From NCBI GenBank assembly GCA_021734865.1, contig JAIPIC010000002.1:1-63473 (forward strand): a DNA stretch of 63,473 nucleotides, in the 5' to 3' direction. This document shows, piece by piece, positions 47,051 through 57,004 of the stretch. The number at the start of each line of letters is the position of its first letter. Within the stretch, counting starts at the first letter, position 1. The notes under the pieces are model-generated. The model saw nothing but the letters and a program-made list of their open reading frames with translations, had not been told where the DNA came from and searched no databases. Source of the stretch: Candidatus Woesearchaeota archaeon. GTDB lineage: Archaea > Nanobdellota > Nanobdellia > Woesearchaeales > JAIPIC01. The position numbers were made by a program, and so were the translations under genes.

Positions 47051-48592
47051 ATGTCATCAAACCTATCACTCAAACAGTACAATTGGATAATCTTGTTATT
47101 TTCTGTAATATTAATATCCAACACTGCAGATGTGCACGCAGAGATAACCTTATCGACGAACCAGACTGACTACTACTATCCTTTGAATCAGGATGCAATT
47201 CTTAGAATCAACAGCTCAAACACATACAAAGAAGATGTGCCAGGGCAGCTGGGTTATGAGGTATCCACAACAATAAACCAAGGAAATGCAATATTCACAT
47301 CTATAAACTCTCAGTCAACTTCACATGTTGTACCAAATGGTGACAGTCAAATCGAACTGAATCTTGGAACAGCATCTTCTCCACAGACAACAACTTTGAC
47401 ACAGTTAACCTTTAATTATGAACATGATGGTTCTGATTTTACTACTACACTTGGAGAAATTCGAATACATTTTGTGGAAGATCCATCACAACAACAAAAC
47501 CAAGATCAAGGTCAAGAATCAACTTCTGAGGAAAATCAACAGTCTGAAGACAAACAACAACAAGAAGACCAGTCACATGATGATAAAACAGTTCAACATG
47601 ACCCATCGACAAGGATGCAGAACAGTCAGCAATCCCAAAACATGAACTCAGTACATAAGCAGATTCAGGACGATATCAATAAGGCAAATGAGGAAAAGCA
47701 ACAGATCATCGATCAGTTGAGTCAGAACGAAGAATTTGCCAGGCAGCATAGGGAGATGCTTGACAAAGGGTATGAGCTCAAAAGCGGCGACGTAACGCCT
47801 GGAGATGAAAGATCAGATTTCAAGTTGGACTATTCAAAACCGGATAATAATGAGACTCAGAGTATTCAAGGGACAATGGTAAATAGCTCGCTTGAGAGTA
47901 TCTCCAATACGCTGACTCAGCAGGAACTTCTAGATAAGATAGAATCTGATGGAAGATATGTCAACTTTACAGATTCTCTCATGCGAGAGCATCAGAACCT
48001 CTCCCGATCAGTAAATTTTTATGATAACGATACAAAAGTTGATATGAATTTATCAAAAATTGATCCGATAACAAATCAATCCCAGAAACCCAATGCGGGA
48101 GTCCATGTTGAATTTGAAAATAGAACATTGAAGACCATGGAATTTACAAAGGACAAACCAAATTATTTATGGTATTTGATTGCTCTGATCATAATTATGG
48201 TAGCAATTACATTTATTCTTTTTAGAATTGGTTCACAAAAGACCAACCACAAGACAGTCATCTCGAAAAAACCATTTGATTTTTATAATGAAGCATCTCG
48301 TATCCTTAAATTATCAAAAAAGGAGTTTGAAAATGGCCAGTTCAAAGATGCGTATGGCCATGTCTCTGAATCAGTAAGGTTATATTATTCGCATAAGTAT
48401 CAATTGAAAAGTGAATCTACAAATACCTCAATATTAAATAACCTCAAGGACAGAAATATCAAAGTGAACGACCTGAAGACTTGCTTCTCAATCTCAAGCA
48501 TGGTTGAGTTCGCCAAATACAAGCCAAACCGCAAAGATTATGAACAAATTTATATGATAGCACAAAAACACATAAAAGGTTTGACAAAATAG
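47051..48592 (+). CDS. bitopic membrane protein with Q/E-rich low-complexity ectodomain and a C-terminal helical domain (Bat-operon-like terminal gene)
   Basis: Signal peptide, PSQQQNQDQGQESTSEENQQSEDKQQQEDQ, TM helix LWYLIALIIIMVAITFILF. The cytoplasmic tail resembles DUF4129/DUF4381-type tails. Confidence 0.55.
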   Translation: MSSNLSLKQYNWIILLFSVILISNTADVHAEITLSTNQTDYYYPLNQDAILRINSSNTYKEDVPGQLGYEVSTTINQGNAIFTSINSQSTSHVVPNGDSQIELNLGTASSPQTTTLTQLTFNYEHDGSDFTTTLGEIRIHFVEDPSQQQNQDQGQESTSEENQQSEDKQQQEDQSHDDKTVQHDPSTRMQNSQQSQNMNSVHKQIQDDINKANEEKQQIIDQLSQNEEFARQHREMLDKGYELKSGDVTPGDERSDFKLDYSKPDNNETQSIQGTMVNSSLESISNTLTQQELLDKIESDGRYVNFTDSLMREHQNLSRSVNFYDNDTKVDMNLSKIDPITNQSQKPNAGVHVEFENRTLKTMEFTKDKPNYLWYLIALIIIMVAITFILFRIGSQKTNHKTVISKKPFDFYNEASRILKLSKKEFENGQFKDAYGHVSESVRLYYSHKYQLKSESTNTSILNNLKDRNIKVNDLKTCFSISSMVEFAKYKPNRKDYEQIYMIAQKHIKGLTK

Positions 48593-48619
48593 CACATCAA
48601 TACACACAAGAAGATAGGT

Positions 48620-48808
48620 CTACTTTTTGTTATATCTAATTGGGTTTCCCCTTTCTGCTGTCTTTTGAAAAGAAATATCTCCACTTTCAGATAGTCTTCT
48701 TAGAGTATTCTTAACAGAATTCAATGACAAATCTAACTTGTCAGAGATCTCCTTTGCTGTAAGCCAGCCGTCAGGATGCTTTTTTAAAAAATCCAGGATT
48801 ACGTTCAT
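48620..48808 (-). CDS. 62-aa winged-helix DNA-binding protein
   Basis: AGAGGT RBS then ATG 48808, which lies 1 nt after the upstream stop. LTAKEISDKLDLSLNSVKNTLRRLSESGDI is a wHTH. Confidence 0.6.
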   Translation of the reverse strand: MNVILDFLKKHPDGWLTAKEISDKLDLSLNSVKNTLRRLSESGDISFQKTAERGNPIRYNKK

Positions 48809-48809
48809 A

Positions 48810-49100
48810 TTAAAACCTCTGTATATATCCTTCTTTTGGTTCAAATAAAGTCTTGTCTCTAATCATGTTCTGTATGCATTTATTGACACCGGATTCATCA
48901 TACCCCCTCCTGCTGCCTTCAATAAGGATATTTTCTTTCAGAACCGCTTTATTGTCGAAAGTGAGCTGATTTATCATTGCAATGATATCGATTGTCATTT
49001 CCTCTGCAAGATCGTTCTTCACTGACTTATTCATGATGCTTTGCATCTTCATCAGATCATTAAAATCTAGTCGATCGACTCCTTTTGCCATTTTAACCAC
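48810..49100 (-). CDS. 96-aa protein with C-terminal winged-helix resembling the MCM C-terminal WH (tentative)
   Basis: The C-terminus ...GYDESGVNKCIQNMIRDKTLFEPKEGYIQRF resembles the G-x-I-x-EP-x-x-G-x-Y ending of MCM/ORC-type WH domains. Confidence 0.4.
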   Translation of the reverse strand: MVKMAKGVDRLDFNDLMKMQSIMNKSVKNDLAEEMTIDIIAMINQLTFDNKAVLKENILIEGSRRGYDESGVNKCIQNMIRDKTLFEPKEGYIQRF

Positions 49101-49483
49101 GTAGTTAAAAAAATATCAATAATTTGTTGAAAATCTCAACGGAATTCTTAGATGTACCTAGACTCCCTTAAGTTTGAAATTTTCGATCCCGACGATTTCC
49201 GTTATTTATTGAGTACATAATCTATCATAAATAACGATTAACCACCCCCCCTTCCTATTATTATGGGTTATACTGTTTAAATACTTTTTGTTAAATGTGT
49301 TAGTTGGACTCAGAAAATAGTATATTACTTTGAAATCAATTGCTTGTGATATATTGTAATAGTGCAATGTGCCAAACAAAGAACTCGACAATATTAGGTT
49401 TGAACTGCCATGATGATTGAGTATTTCCCATTCTTTGCGTCTTTTTTCACTAAGCTACTGGCATTTTTTGAAAAGTATGCATC

Positions 49484-50674
49484 TCAAATAGTCTTAGAAT
49501 ATTGCTTAAATAACTTCAGGAACATATCCTTATCATCTACATCAATAACAGCACCACATGCATGTTCATGGCCACCACCACGCCCATTTACTTTCTTGAA
49601 CACCTCATTTAGAACAGGAGGAATAATAAGGTCTGTGCTTCTTAGGCTCATCTTAAGCTGTCCATCTTTTTCCCTCCCGATTATTATTATCTTCTTTGGA
49701 TATTTATAAAGCAGATAATTTGAGATCTCCTTTGTGAAACTTGTTTTGTCATCTTTATACAGAAATACGAGATATCTGCTTCTGGTTGACTTGACTTGTC
49801 CTAACAGAGAATCATAATCCTTGTTAATCCTTTCAAATCTCTTCTGTATATATCTCCCTTCATTTGTCTGCTTTTCAAGTATTTCATAAGGACTATGTAT
49901 CTTCTTCATTGCGGAGATATACTTGAAAACCTCTCCAACAGAGCCCTTCAGAATCATAGAGAATATATGAACCAGTTCCCCCAACCTTGACGAAAATAAT
50001 GCATCCTCTGGTCTGTTAACACTGTCTTGCAGCAAATCCGGATAATCCTTTGAAAACTCCTTTTGAGTAACAGGAAGGAACCAATCACCCACACATCCAA
50101 CCATTGACAACCAGAGATCCTGTTGGACTACTTGATAACACAAATATGAAACCGGTTCATGAGAATCTCTTAATCTGGGATTAAAATATTTTACCCTGTC
50201 CCTTCTGAAAGGACCATGGTGGTCTATCCATATGACTGGTACTTTTACTGAATCAAGGAATTCCTGCTCAATATTTGCCAGATCAAGTACAAAAATGATA
50301 TCCGGTTCAAATTCCCTTACTTTTCTAAGATATTGTGTCGAGACCTCAGGTGTATTCTTCAGAATAACCCCCCGCCCATCTCCAGCATATCTAAGCATCA
50401 AAAGAAACGAACAAACACCATCGGGATCGTCATGGAAAAAGAACATAGGTCTTTTATACTCATCCAGATACTTCCTTATTTCATCTGCCTCTTCTCTAGT
50501 AAGCCCTGATTCAAATAAGTTAGTCTTGGATAAATATGATATATTTGAATCTGCCATATTATATGGTTCTTTTTCAGTCTTGCTATCAAATTCTTTCGGA
50601 TTGCACTTTTGATCCGTTTTATTATTGTTATCTGCACTTTCCTTCAAATTTCCTTTAATTTTGTTTATATTCAC
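49484..50674 (-). CDS. DHH/DHHA1 phosphoesterase (RecJ/GAN/NrnA-like)
   Basis: Motifs FHDDPDGVCS, FVLDLA, IWIDHHGP and GRGGGHEHACG. Confidence 0.75.
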   Translation of the reverse strand: MNINKIKGNLKESADNNNKTDQKCNPKEFDSKTEKEPYNMADSNISYLSKTNLFESGLTREEADEIRKYLDEYKRPMFFFHDDPDGVCSFLLMLRYAGDGRGVILKNTPEVSTQYLRKVREFEPDIIFVLDLANIEQEFLDSVKVPVIWIDHHGPFRRDRVKYFNPRLRDSHEPVSYLCYQVVQQDLWLSMVGCVGDWFLPVTQKEFSKDYPDLLQDSVNRPEDALFSSRLGELVHIFSMILKGSVGEVFKYISAMKKIHSPYEILEKQTNEGRYIQKRFERINKDYDSLLGQVKSTRSRYLVFLYKDDKTSFTKEISNYLLYKYPKKIIIIGREKDGQLKMSLRSTDLIIPPVLNEVFKKVNGRGGGHEHACGAVIDVDDKDMFLKLFKQYSKTI

Positions 50675-50755
50675 TCATCATTGAAAACATAAACCATATA
50701 TATAAATATACATTACGAGAAATTAGAAAAACACAATAAAAATACAGGTGATCCC

Positions 50756-52147
50756 ATGGATATATTCGAGAACATTTCTCCCTTTGATTACAGATATTAT
50801 CTGAGAAACAACACAGTCAAGAAAGACATATCAAACTATCTTTCAGAAAAAGCACTAATTAAATTCATGCTGGAAGTAGAACTAACCCTTGTTAAAGCCC
50901 TTCATCAGGAAGGATTATGCCCGAAAAGTGCCGTTACTGAGACCTCAGAAGCAATAAATAAGGTCAAGGCAGAAGACGTATATCTTGAAGAAGACAGAAT
51001 CAAGCATAATGTCCGGGCACTTGTAAACTGCATACGAAAGCATGTCTCAGACAAGACCATGCCTTATATTCACTTTGCAGCCACAAGCCATGATATAATC
51101 TGTACAGCTGAAAGTCTCAGATATAAGCTCTTTACAGAGAATGTCCTCATACCAAAACTCAAAGAATTTGCCTCTACTCTTATAAAACTCGCTTTGAGAG
51201 AGAAGAAGACCGTCCAAATAGGAAGGACTCATGGTCAGCACGCAGTCCCGATTACATTTGGATTTTCATTGTCAGAGTACATATCCAGATTCTCAAAGAC
51301 CATAATCTCGATAGAAGAAAGCGCCAAGAATCTTAGAGGAAAGATGGCTGGAGCAGTAGGAGCATACAACGCACAAAGTCTATTTGTCCAGAACCCAGTG
51401 ATGTTTGAAAAGAACATGATGGAAATGCTTGATCTCAAGCCAAGTGACCATTCTACTCAGATAATTGAACCAGAATACATTCAAGACTACGTATATAATG
51501 TAATTAAATCATTTGGTATACTGGCAAACCTGTCAGATGACATGAGACAACTGCAAAGGAGTGAGATCGGCGAAGTGGCAGAAGTTTTTGGATCAGCACA
51601 AGTGGGTTCGTCAACAATGCCTCATAAGAGGAATCCTATCCAATTTGAGAATGTAAAATCCATGTGGAAACAGATAATGCCTAGGATGACAACGCTCTTC
51701 CTAGACCAAATATCCGAGCACCAGAGAGATCTTACAAACTCTGCATCAAGCAGATTTATCCCAGAGATAATTGCTGGTTATTACATATCAGTCACAAAGT
51801 TGAATGGCGTACTCTCAAGGTTAGTAATTGATAATGAGAATATGATCCGAAATTTTGAAGACGGTGCAGACAGAATTATTGCAGAACCATTATATATCAT
51901 GCTGGCATCCCAAAGCCACCCTGATGCACATGAATATGTCAGGAAGCTGACGCTTAAGTCCCAGAAAGAAAACAGATGCCTTCATGAACTGCTCATGGCA
52001 GACGAAAGCCTCAAACCTTATATTAATAAGCTTTCAGGAGAACAGCTTGAAATACTCAAGGATCCAAAGAGATATATTGGTTTGTCGGTAAAAAAGACTG
52101 AGACAATATGTGACCATTGGATTCGAGAATTAAAGCTTGAAGTCTAA
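50756..52147 (+). CDS. purB: adenylosuccinate lyase
   Basis: Fumarate-lyase signature GSSTMPHKRNP. SPFDYRYY N-terminus and TH(G)QHAVP motif. Confidence 0.9.
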   Translation: MDIFENISPFDYRYYLRNNTVKKDISNYLSEKALIKFMLEVELTLVKALHQEGLCPKSAVTETSEAINKVKAEDVYLEEDRIKHNVRALVNCIRKHVSDKTMPYIHFAATSHDIICTAESLRYKLFTENVLIPKLKEFASTLIKLALREKKTVQIGRTHGQHAVPITFGFSLSEYISRFSKTIISIEESAKNLRGKMAGAVGAYNAQSLFVQNPVMFEKNMMEMLDLKPSDHSTQIIEPEYIQDYVYNVIKSFGILANLSDDMRQLQRSEIGEVAEVFGSAQVGSSTMPHKRNPIQFENVKSMWKQIMPRMTTLFLDQISEHQRDLTNSASSRFIPEIIAGYYISVTKLNGVLSRLVIDNENMIRNFEDGADRIIAEPLYIMLASQSHPDAHEYVRKLTLKSQKENRCLHELLMADESLKPYINKLSGEQLEILKDPKRYIGLSVKKTETICDHWIRELKLEV

Positions 52148-52161
52148 AAAGGTGTATAATC

Positions 52162-53175
52162 ATGTCAATATCATATAAAGATGCAGGTGTCGATATCGAT
52201 GCAGGAAACAAAGCAGTAGATCTGATGAAGAAATATGTCAAAGAGACATACAATAAGAATGTAATGACTGATCTTGGTTCCTTTGGTGGGCTCTTTTCAA
52301 CTGAAGGATTCCCTCAAAATCCTGTTCTTGTCTCATCATGTGATGGAGTAGGAACAAAGTTAAAGATTGCCTACAAAATGGACAAGCACGATACTATTGG
52401 CCAGGATCTTGTCAATCATTGTGTAAATGACATCCTAGTCATGGGAGCAAGGCCATTATTCTTTCTGGATTACATCGGAACCGGAAAAATGGACCCTGAT
52501 ATCATGGCACAGATCGTCAAAGGATTCAGTATGGCTGCAAAAGCAAATGGTTGTGCCATAGTTGGTGGTGAGTCCGCTGAGATGCCTGGCATATATCAAA
52601 ATGGAGAATATGATGTTGCTGGATTTATCGTAGGAGTTGTTGATAAAGAACAGATTATAACAGGTGAGAAAATCTCATCGGGGGATATTCTTATAGGTCT
52701 TCCATCAAACGGTTTCCACACAAATGGATACACCCTTGTTAACAAGATATTTTTTGAAAAGATGGCTCTCAGGCCAGATTCTGTTATAGATGGGATACAT
52801 GGTACTATCGGAGAAGAACTCTTAAAAACACATAAATCATATCTTAATGAAGTGACACCAATTCTCCCACTATTAAACGGAATGGCGCATATAACTGGCG
52901 GTGGATTCTATGAGAATATCAAAAGGGTTTTGCCAGAAGGACTAGGTGTTGAAATAAACGCAGACTGGGAGGTACCTGAGGTCTTTAAGATACTCCAGAA
53001 ATCAGCTGAAATCAGTGATGAAGAGATGCACAGGACATTTAATATGGGTATAGGCATGGTCCTTATAGTACCTGAAAGTAACCTTGATAAATTCAAGGAA
53101 ACATTTTTAGACGAATACAATCAGATAGGAAAAGTTACACAAACAGGAAAAGTACACATAAATTTTAACAACTAA
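52162..53175 (+). CDS. purM: phosphoribosylformylglycinamidine cyclo-ligase (AIR synthetase)
   Basis: SYKDAGVDIDAGN, DGVGTKL, DLVNHCVNDI, GGESAEMPG and GFHTNGY. Confidence 0.95.
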   Translation: MSISYKDAGVDIDAGNKAVDLMKKYVKETYNKNVMTDLGSFGGLFSTEGFPQNPVLVSSCDGVGTKLKIAYKMDKHDTIGQDLVNHCVNDILVMGARPLFFLDYIGTGKMDPDIMAQIVKGFSMAAKANGCAIVGGESAEMPGIYQNGEYDVAGFIVGVVDKEQIITGEKISSGDILIGLPSNGFHTNGYTLVNKIFFEKMALRPDSVIDGIHGTIGEELLKTHKSYLNEVTPILPLLNGMAHITGGGFYENIKRVLPEGLGVEINADWEVPEVFKILQKSAEISDEEMHRTFNMGIGMVLIVPESNLDKFKETFLDEYNQIGKVTQTGKVHINFNN

Positions 53176-53684
53176 CTTTCTTTTTTGAGGTCTTTCTCCA
53201 ATTGAGCTATTTCTTGACTAATTTCCTCAATTCTTTTGTTCTGGTCCGCTTCCTGATTCATAATCTCACCACATTCAGGACATTTGAACTCAAAATCCAT
53301 AGCTTGCTCAAAATCCAACCTCATACACCTACTATCACATATATAGAAATCCGACTCTTTTTCTCGCTTAAGACGGTCTAAAAGCCTGTCAAGTTTCTGC
53401 TTTTTCAGGCTAACAATCAAAGATTTTATCCTTTTTGGATTAAATGTCCAGTAATGGATATACCAACCCTTCTGCCGGTCTTTTTTTCTGTATACTGTGA
53501 CAAGATTATGGTCATAGAGACGGTAGAGCATATTTCTGACTATATTTATTGGTGTTTCTATAGCCTCAGCTATCTTAAACTCGGATATGTTCTTTTTGTT
53601 CTTAAGGTATTCGACGAGGGGATTAACCTCTTCTCCAGCCACCTGAGCTACCACCTTAGTTATTAAATCGTTTGTTACTCTCAT
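53172..53684 (-). CDS. tfe: transcription factor E (TFIIE-alpha homologue)
   Basis: N-terminal extended winged helix (ISEFKIAEAIETPINIVRNMLYRLYDHNLV) plus a Zn ribbon (CDSRC...CPECG). Confidence 0.8.
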   Translation of the reverse strand: MRVTNDLITKVVAQVAGEEVNPLVEYLKNKKNISEFKIAEAIETPINIVRNMLYRLYDHNLVTVYRKKDRQKGWYIHYWTFNPKRIKSLIVSLKKQKLDRLLDRLKREKESDFYICDSRCMRLDFEQAMDFEFKCPECGEIMNQEADQNKRIEEISQEIAQLEKDLKKES

Positions 53685-54075
53685 TATTACAGTCTCTTCT
53701 CTATATTGCTAACTTTATAATATAGAGAACTCACCATTATGCTTTAAGGTATTCTCTGTCACCAAATTACAATAAGCCCTTTAATAACTAAAAATTGGCT
53801 TTAATATTATATAAAGGTTTTGTTTTATTATTGGAAAAAATACATATTTTTCTACTAATTCATAGTAACAGTATTTTTCACAGTTAGAAACCAAATCTCA
53901 AGAAAATATAAGGTATATTATTTTGACCAGTTAATGATTAGAATATGCAAGAAATATATTGAAAGTCAAAAACAAGGGAAGAAAAATCCAATAAGTATCA
54001 GGGATATCTCTTATTACAGATATCATCTAATGCATATTAAATACATATTTAAATGAACTTCTATTGCTCACTGGC

Positions 54076-55053
54076 ATGGCATTCAATCTTCAAAAAATAG
54101 AGAATCCTGATTTTTACATAGATTTCACACTACGTAAGGCAAGAGAGCGTGTCTCAGTGAAGTCTTTCAAGGGAGATAAAGTAGCAAAGAACCGTCAGGC
54201 AGAACTCATCAGGTTTGACGTAATTGACACAGTACTTTCTGATAAATTACGAAATATACATCTATCCTATCCAAGATTTGATGATCTGACAGACTTTTAC
54301 AAAGAATTAGTAAAAATAACCATTGACGCTGGACAATATAAGAAGTCCTGCGCAGCTATAAAATGGGCAGATAATAAAGTCTCTTTCTTCTGTAGACAGG
54401 CCAAATCTCGCATTGCCAAATCACGTGATCTTGTGGATATAAAAAAAACACGGGACTCTAATATTGGAAGGATCGTCTCTGTAGTTAAACAGATTAAGTC
54501 CAATCTGAAATATCTAGATGAATGCCGTAGAGTATTTAAGGACTATCCCACAATAAAATCTGGTCTGAATACAATAGCTCTTTATGGATTTCCCAATGTT
54601 GGAAAGACAACACTACTTACAAAGTTAACATCAGCTACTCCTGAAATTAGTAATTATGCTTTTACTACTAAAAAGATTAATATTGGCTATCATGAACAGC
54701 CTGCTAAGAACATCAAGCTCCAGATTCTTGACACCCCTGGAACGCTAAATAGGTTCAACAAGATGAACCTTATTGAAAAGCAGGCAGATCTAGCTCTTAA
54801 GCATTGCGCAGACCTAGTTGTAGTAGTACTCGATCTGACTGGCACAACATATCTAAGAGAAGATCAGGATAGACTTCTGGACCGAATCATTGAAATCAAG
54901 AAACCATTCATTGTATATTTATCAAAAACCGATATGATGGATAAAGAAACCATAGAAAAACTCCAACAAGAGTATAATGCAGCAGGAAGTATAGAAATTC
55001 TGATTGATGGTATTAAGACTCATTTTAAAAAACATCCTAACCTGGCAATATGA
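54076..55053 (+). CDS. Nog1-type GTP-binding protein
   Basis: ATG 54076 (the track starts at TTG 54064). NOG1-like N-terminal helical domain, G1 GFPNVGKTT, G2 FTT, G3 DTPG, G4 SKTD. Confidence 0.8.
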   Translation: MAFNLQKIENPDFYIDFTLRKARERVSVKSFKGDKVAKNRQAELIRFDVIDTVLSDKLRNIHLSYPRFDDLTDFYKELVKITIDAGQYKKSCAAIKWADNKVSFFCRQAKSRIAKSRDLVDIKKTRDSNIGRIVSVVKQIKSNLKYLDECRRVFKDYPTIKSGLNTIALYGFPNVGKTTLLTKLTSATPEISNYAFTTKKINIGYHEQPAKNIKLQILDTPGTLNRFNKMNLIEKQADLALKHCADLVVVVLDLTGTTYLREDQDRLLDRIIEIKKPFIVYLSKTDMMDKETIEKLQQEYNAAGSIEILIDGIKTHFKKHPNLAI

Positions 55054-55074
55054 TAAGACAGTTATTGGTTATTC

Positions 55075-55737
55075 CTATTTCCTAAAACCCATATTTACGC
55101 AGTTCCATCTTTTTCCATACAGTGGGTGTTCATTGATAGCAAAATAATGCTCAGATATCTTATCCATGCTTACCATGGTACAAACCTTTTTAGGATAATG
55201 AAGCCAGACATTCTTCCCAGTAAACTCAGAATCCATTACTCCAATATCTGGCTCAAAAATATATGTTAACGATAATTTTTCTGCAATACGAGAAAGAGAT
55301 GAAAGGTATTGCCTAATAATATCTGGTTCAATATGATGCATATTTAACCAATCAACAGCACTTTTTGATTTGAAACCCATAATAACTAAATCCTGTGTCA
55401 TACATTGATAATATTCAAGCTGACCACGTCTATCTCCATAAGTTTGTTTGGCTCTTCGGATGGCATCATCCGAAATATCAGTGCCTATAACACAATAACC
55501 AAGCTTAAAAAGTGCAAAGGCAGTTTCACCGCTTCCACAACCTGATACAAGAACAGTATTTTCCAAATCACTTGAAGCTTTTTCAACTCTGTAATTTTGA
55601 GAATCACTACTTAAGCAATCTCTGATTGGCTCTCCTATAGTGTGAAATATGTCCTCATGGAGGGGGATACCATGCCATGGAAGAATGTCTTTCTTATAGA
55701 TTCCATTCCATATTTTCTTATCATCATCCAATGTCAT
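55075..55737 (-). CDS. class I SAM-dependent methyltransferase
   Basis: Motif I VLVSGCGSGETAFAL and GTDISDDAIRRAK. Confidence 0.7.
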   Translation of the reverse strand: MTLDDDKKIWNGIYKKDILPWHGIPLHEDIFHTIGEPIRDCLSSDSQNYRVEKASSDLENTVLVSGCGSGETAFALFKLGYCVIGTDISDDAIRRAKQTYGDRRGQLEYYQCMTQDLVIMGFKSKSAVDWLNMHHIEPDIIRQYLSSLSRIAEKLSLTYIFEPDIGVMDSEFTGKNVWLHYPKKVCTMVSMDKISEHYFAINEHPLYGKRWNCVNMGFRK

Positions 55738-55755
55738 CTTTTATTTCCTTTTTTA

Positions 55756-56898
55756 TTACATAAAATCAATGTGATTCATTTTTTTAGCCATATTTATGGA
55801 ACATTTATCTATCTTTGATATTTTTTCTAGATATTTACCCGGCTTCTTGTTTTTAAGAGACCCATCAATTAATTCATATTTAGAACCTTCATCATTGATC
55901 CTAAAGAGTTCCTTCTCATACAGCTTCTTTGCTTCTAGTATGGCAAATCTTGTTGGTTCAGACTTCCATTTCTCCTTAATAGATGTGACCATTGAGTTCT
56001 CAACATAAAAAAGTTCTTTTGCCTGTTTGCCTGGTGGGATAGAGAATGTCAATAAGTTAATCATATTACCTGAATACTTTCTTCTCGCATAATGCCTGAA
56101 AGTGTTGATGAGATATTCTTTTGGCTTATGTCTACCCGAAAGTTTGAAGGTGTCAAGACCTATTTTTTTATAGAAATCAAGATCCTCCGGTCTAATTAAT
56201 CCAGTCAGAGACAAAATCTTCCATGGGCTTATTAGGATATCCCTAACACATCCTCTGAGACAATAGTCACTATTGTCATGCTCAATTGCAGTCGCTGCCC
56301 ATTTAAAATGCTCATCTCGTCTTTTGCATCCATATGTGCAGTTTTCATTTACAATAAGACTGCTTCTTATATTGCATTTTTTCAGTTCCATAATTAGATT
56401 ATCTAAATCTCTGCGAATATTACAGTCATGATGCAGCACGACTTCTTTAATATTGAGTCCTTGTCGCTTCAATCCTTTAATTAGACTGATCTTTTCTAGG
56501 CTATCGATTCCGAATACTGTTGATACAGTCAGACCTTGCTTTGGAGAAATTGCACCAATTTTCTTCATAAGTTCAATATTAGCCAGTGTCAATAGTTCTG
56601 GTTCAAGTTCATCAATTATTGTCATGACTTTTGTAATCAGTTCAGTATCAATTTCATTCTTTTGATATATGGAATTGAAAAGATAGTTAAATTTGATCCC
56701 TTTATTCCTTAAATAATCCAATATACCATAAGCCTTAGCAAAAGAGATATTTTCAATATACTTAGTTGTTCTACCACTTTTTTCAATAGGTAGGGAACCA
56801 TACATTTCTGTTATGACAATATCTCCACTTTCAGCTATGTCTATCATTTCATCAATATACTTTGTGTCCCATACAATAGGTATTTTGAAATTAATCAT
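55756..56898 (-). CDS. peptidase-U32-family protein (TrhP/RlhA/UbiU-like fold), divergent
   Basis: The layout parallels E. coli U32 proteins: EMYGSL..GR, KFNYLFNSI, LLTLANIELM, VVLHHDCNIRR, NENCTYGC, CLRGC, FKLSGRHKPKEYL (compare KIEGRxRxxxY). Confidence 0.5.
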   Translation of the reverse strand: MINFKIPIVWDTKYIDEMIDIAESGDIVITEMYGSLPIEKSGRTTKYIENISFAKAYGILDYLRNKGIKFNYLFNSIYQKNEIDTELITKVMTIIDELEPELLTLANIELMKKIGAISPKQGLTVSTVFGIDSLEKISLIKGLKRQGLNIKEVVLHHDCNIRRDLDNLIMELKKCNIRSSLIVNENCTYGCKRRDEHFKWAATAIEHDNSDYCLRGCVRDILISPWKILSLTGLIRPEDLDFYKKIGLDTFKLSGRHKPKEYLINTFRHYARRKYSGNMINLLTFSIPPGKQAKELFYVENSMVTSIKEKWKSEPTRFAILEAKKLYEKELFRINDEGSKYELIDGSLKNKKPGKYLEKISKIDKCSINMAKKMNHIDFM

Positions 56899-57004
56899 GT
56901 GCGGAGGAAAAAATCTGTATTTAATACAATTTTACCTTACATATACGTATATAATTAAAAAGATATTAATAAAATTTATAAATTACCTTATATGTGTGGT
57001 AATT

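Noticed and set aside
48620-49100. The overlapping 96-aa and 74-aa ORFs as one frameshifted gene
   Set aside because: An internal AGAGGT RBS and ATG at 48808 give a clean TAA-T-ATG junction, so two coupled small genes is the simpler reading.
49206-49709. 61-aa (minus) and 99-aa (plus) ORFs near the DHH gene
   Set aside because: The first lies in an AT-rich intergenic spacer with no RBS. The second is largely antisense to the DHH gene 3' end. Neither has features.
53685-54063. 379-bp AT-rich gap between tfe and the Nog1-like gene, checked for a small gene or RNA
   Set aside because: I found only a weak 8-bp inverted repeat (CTCTATAT...ATATAGAG) and a 41-aa ORF with no RBS. The gap is most simply a pair of divergent promoters.
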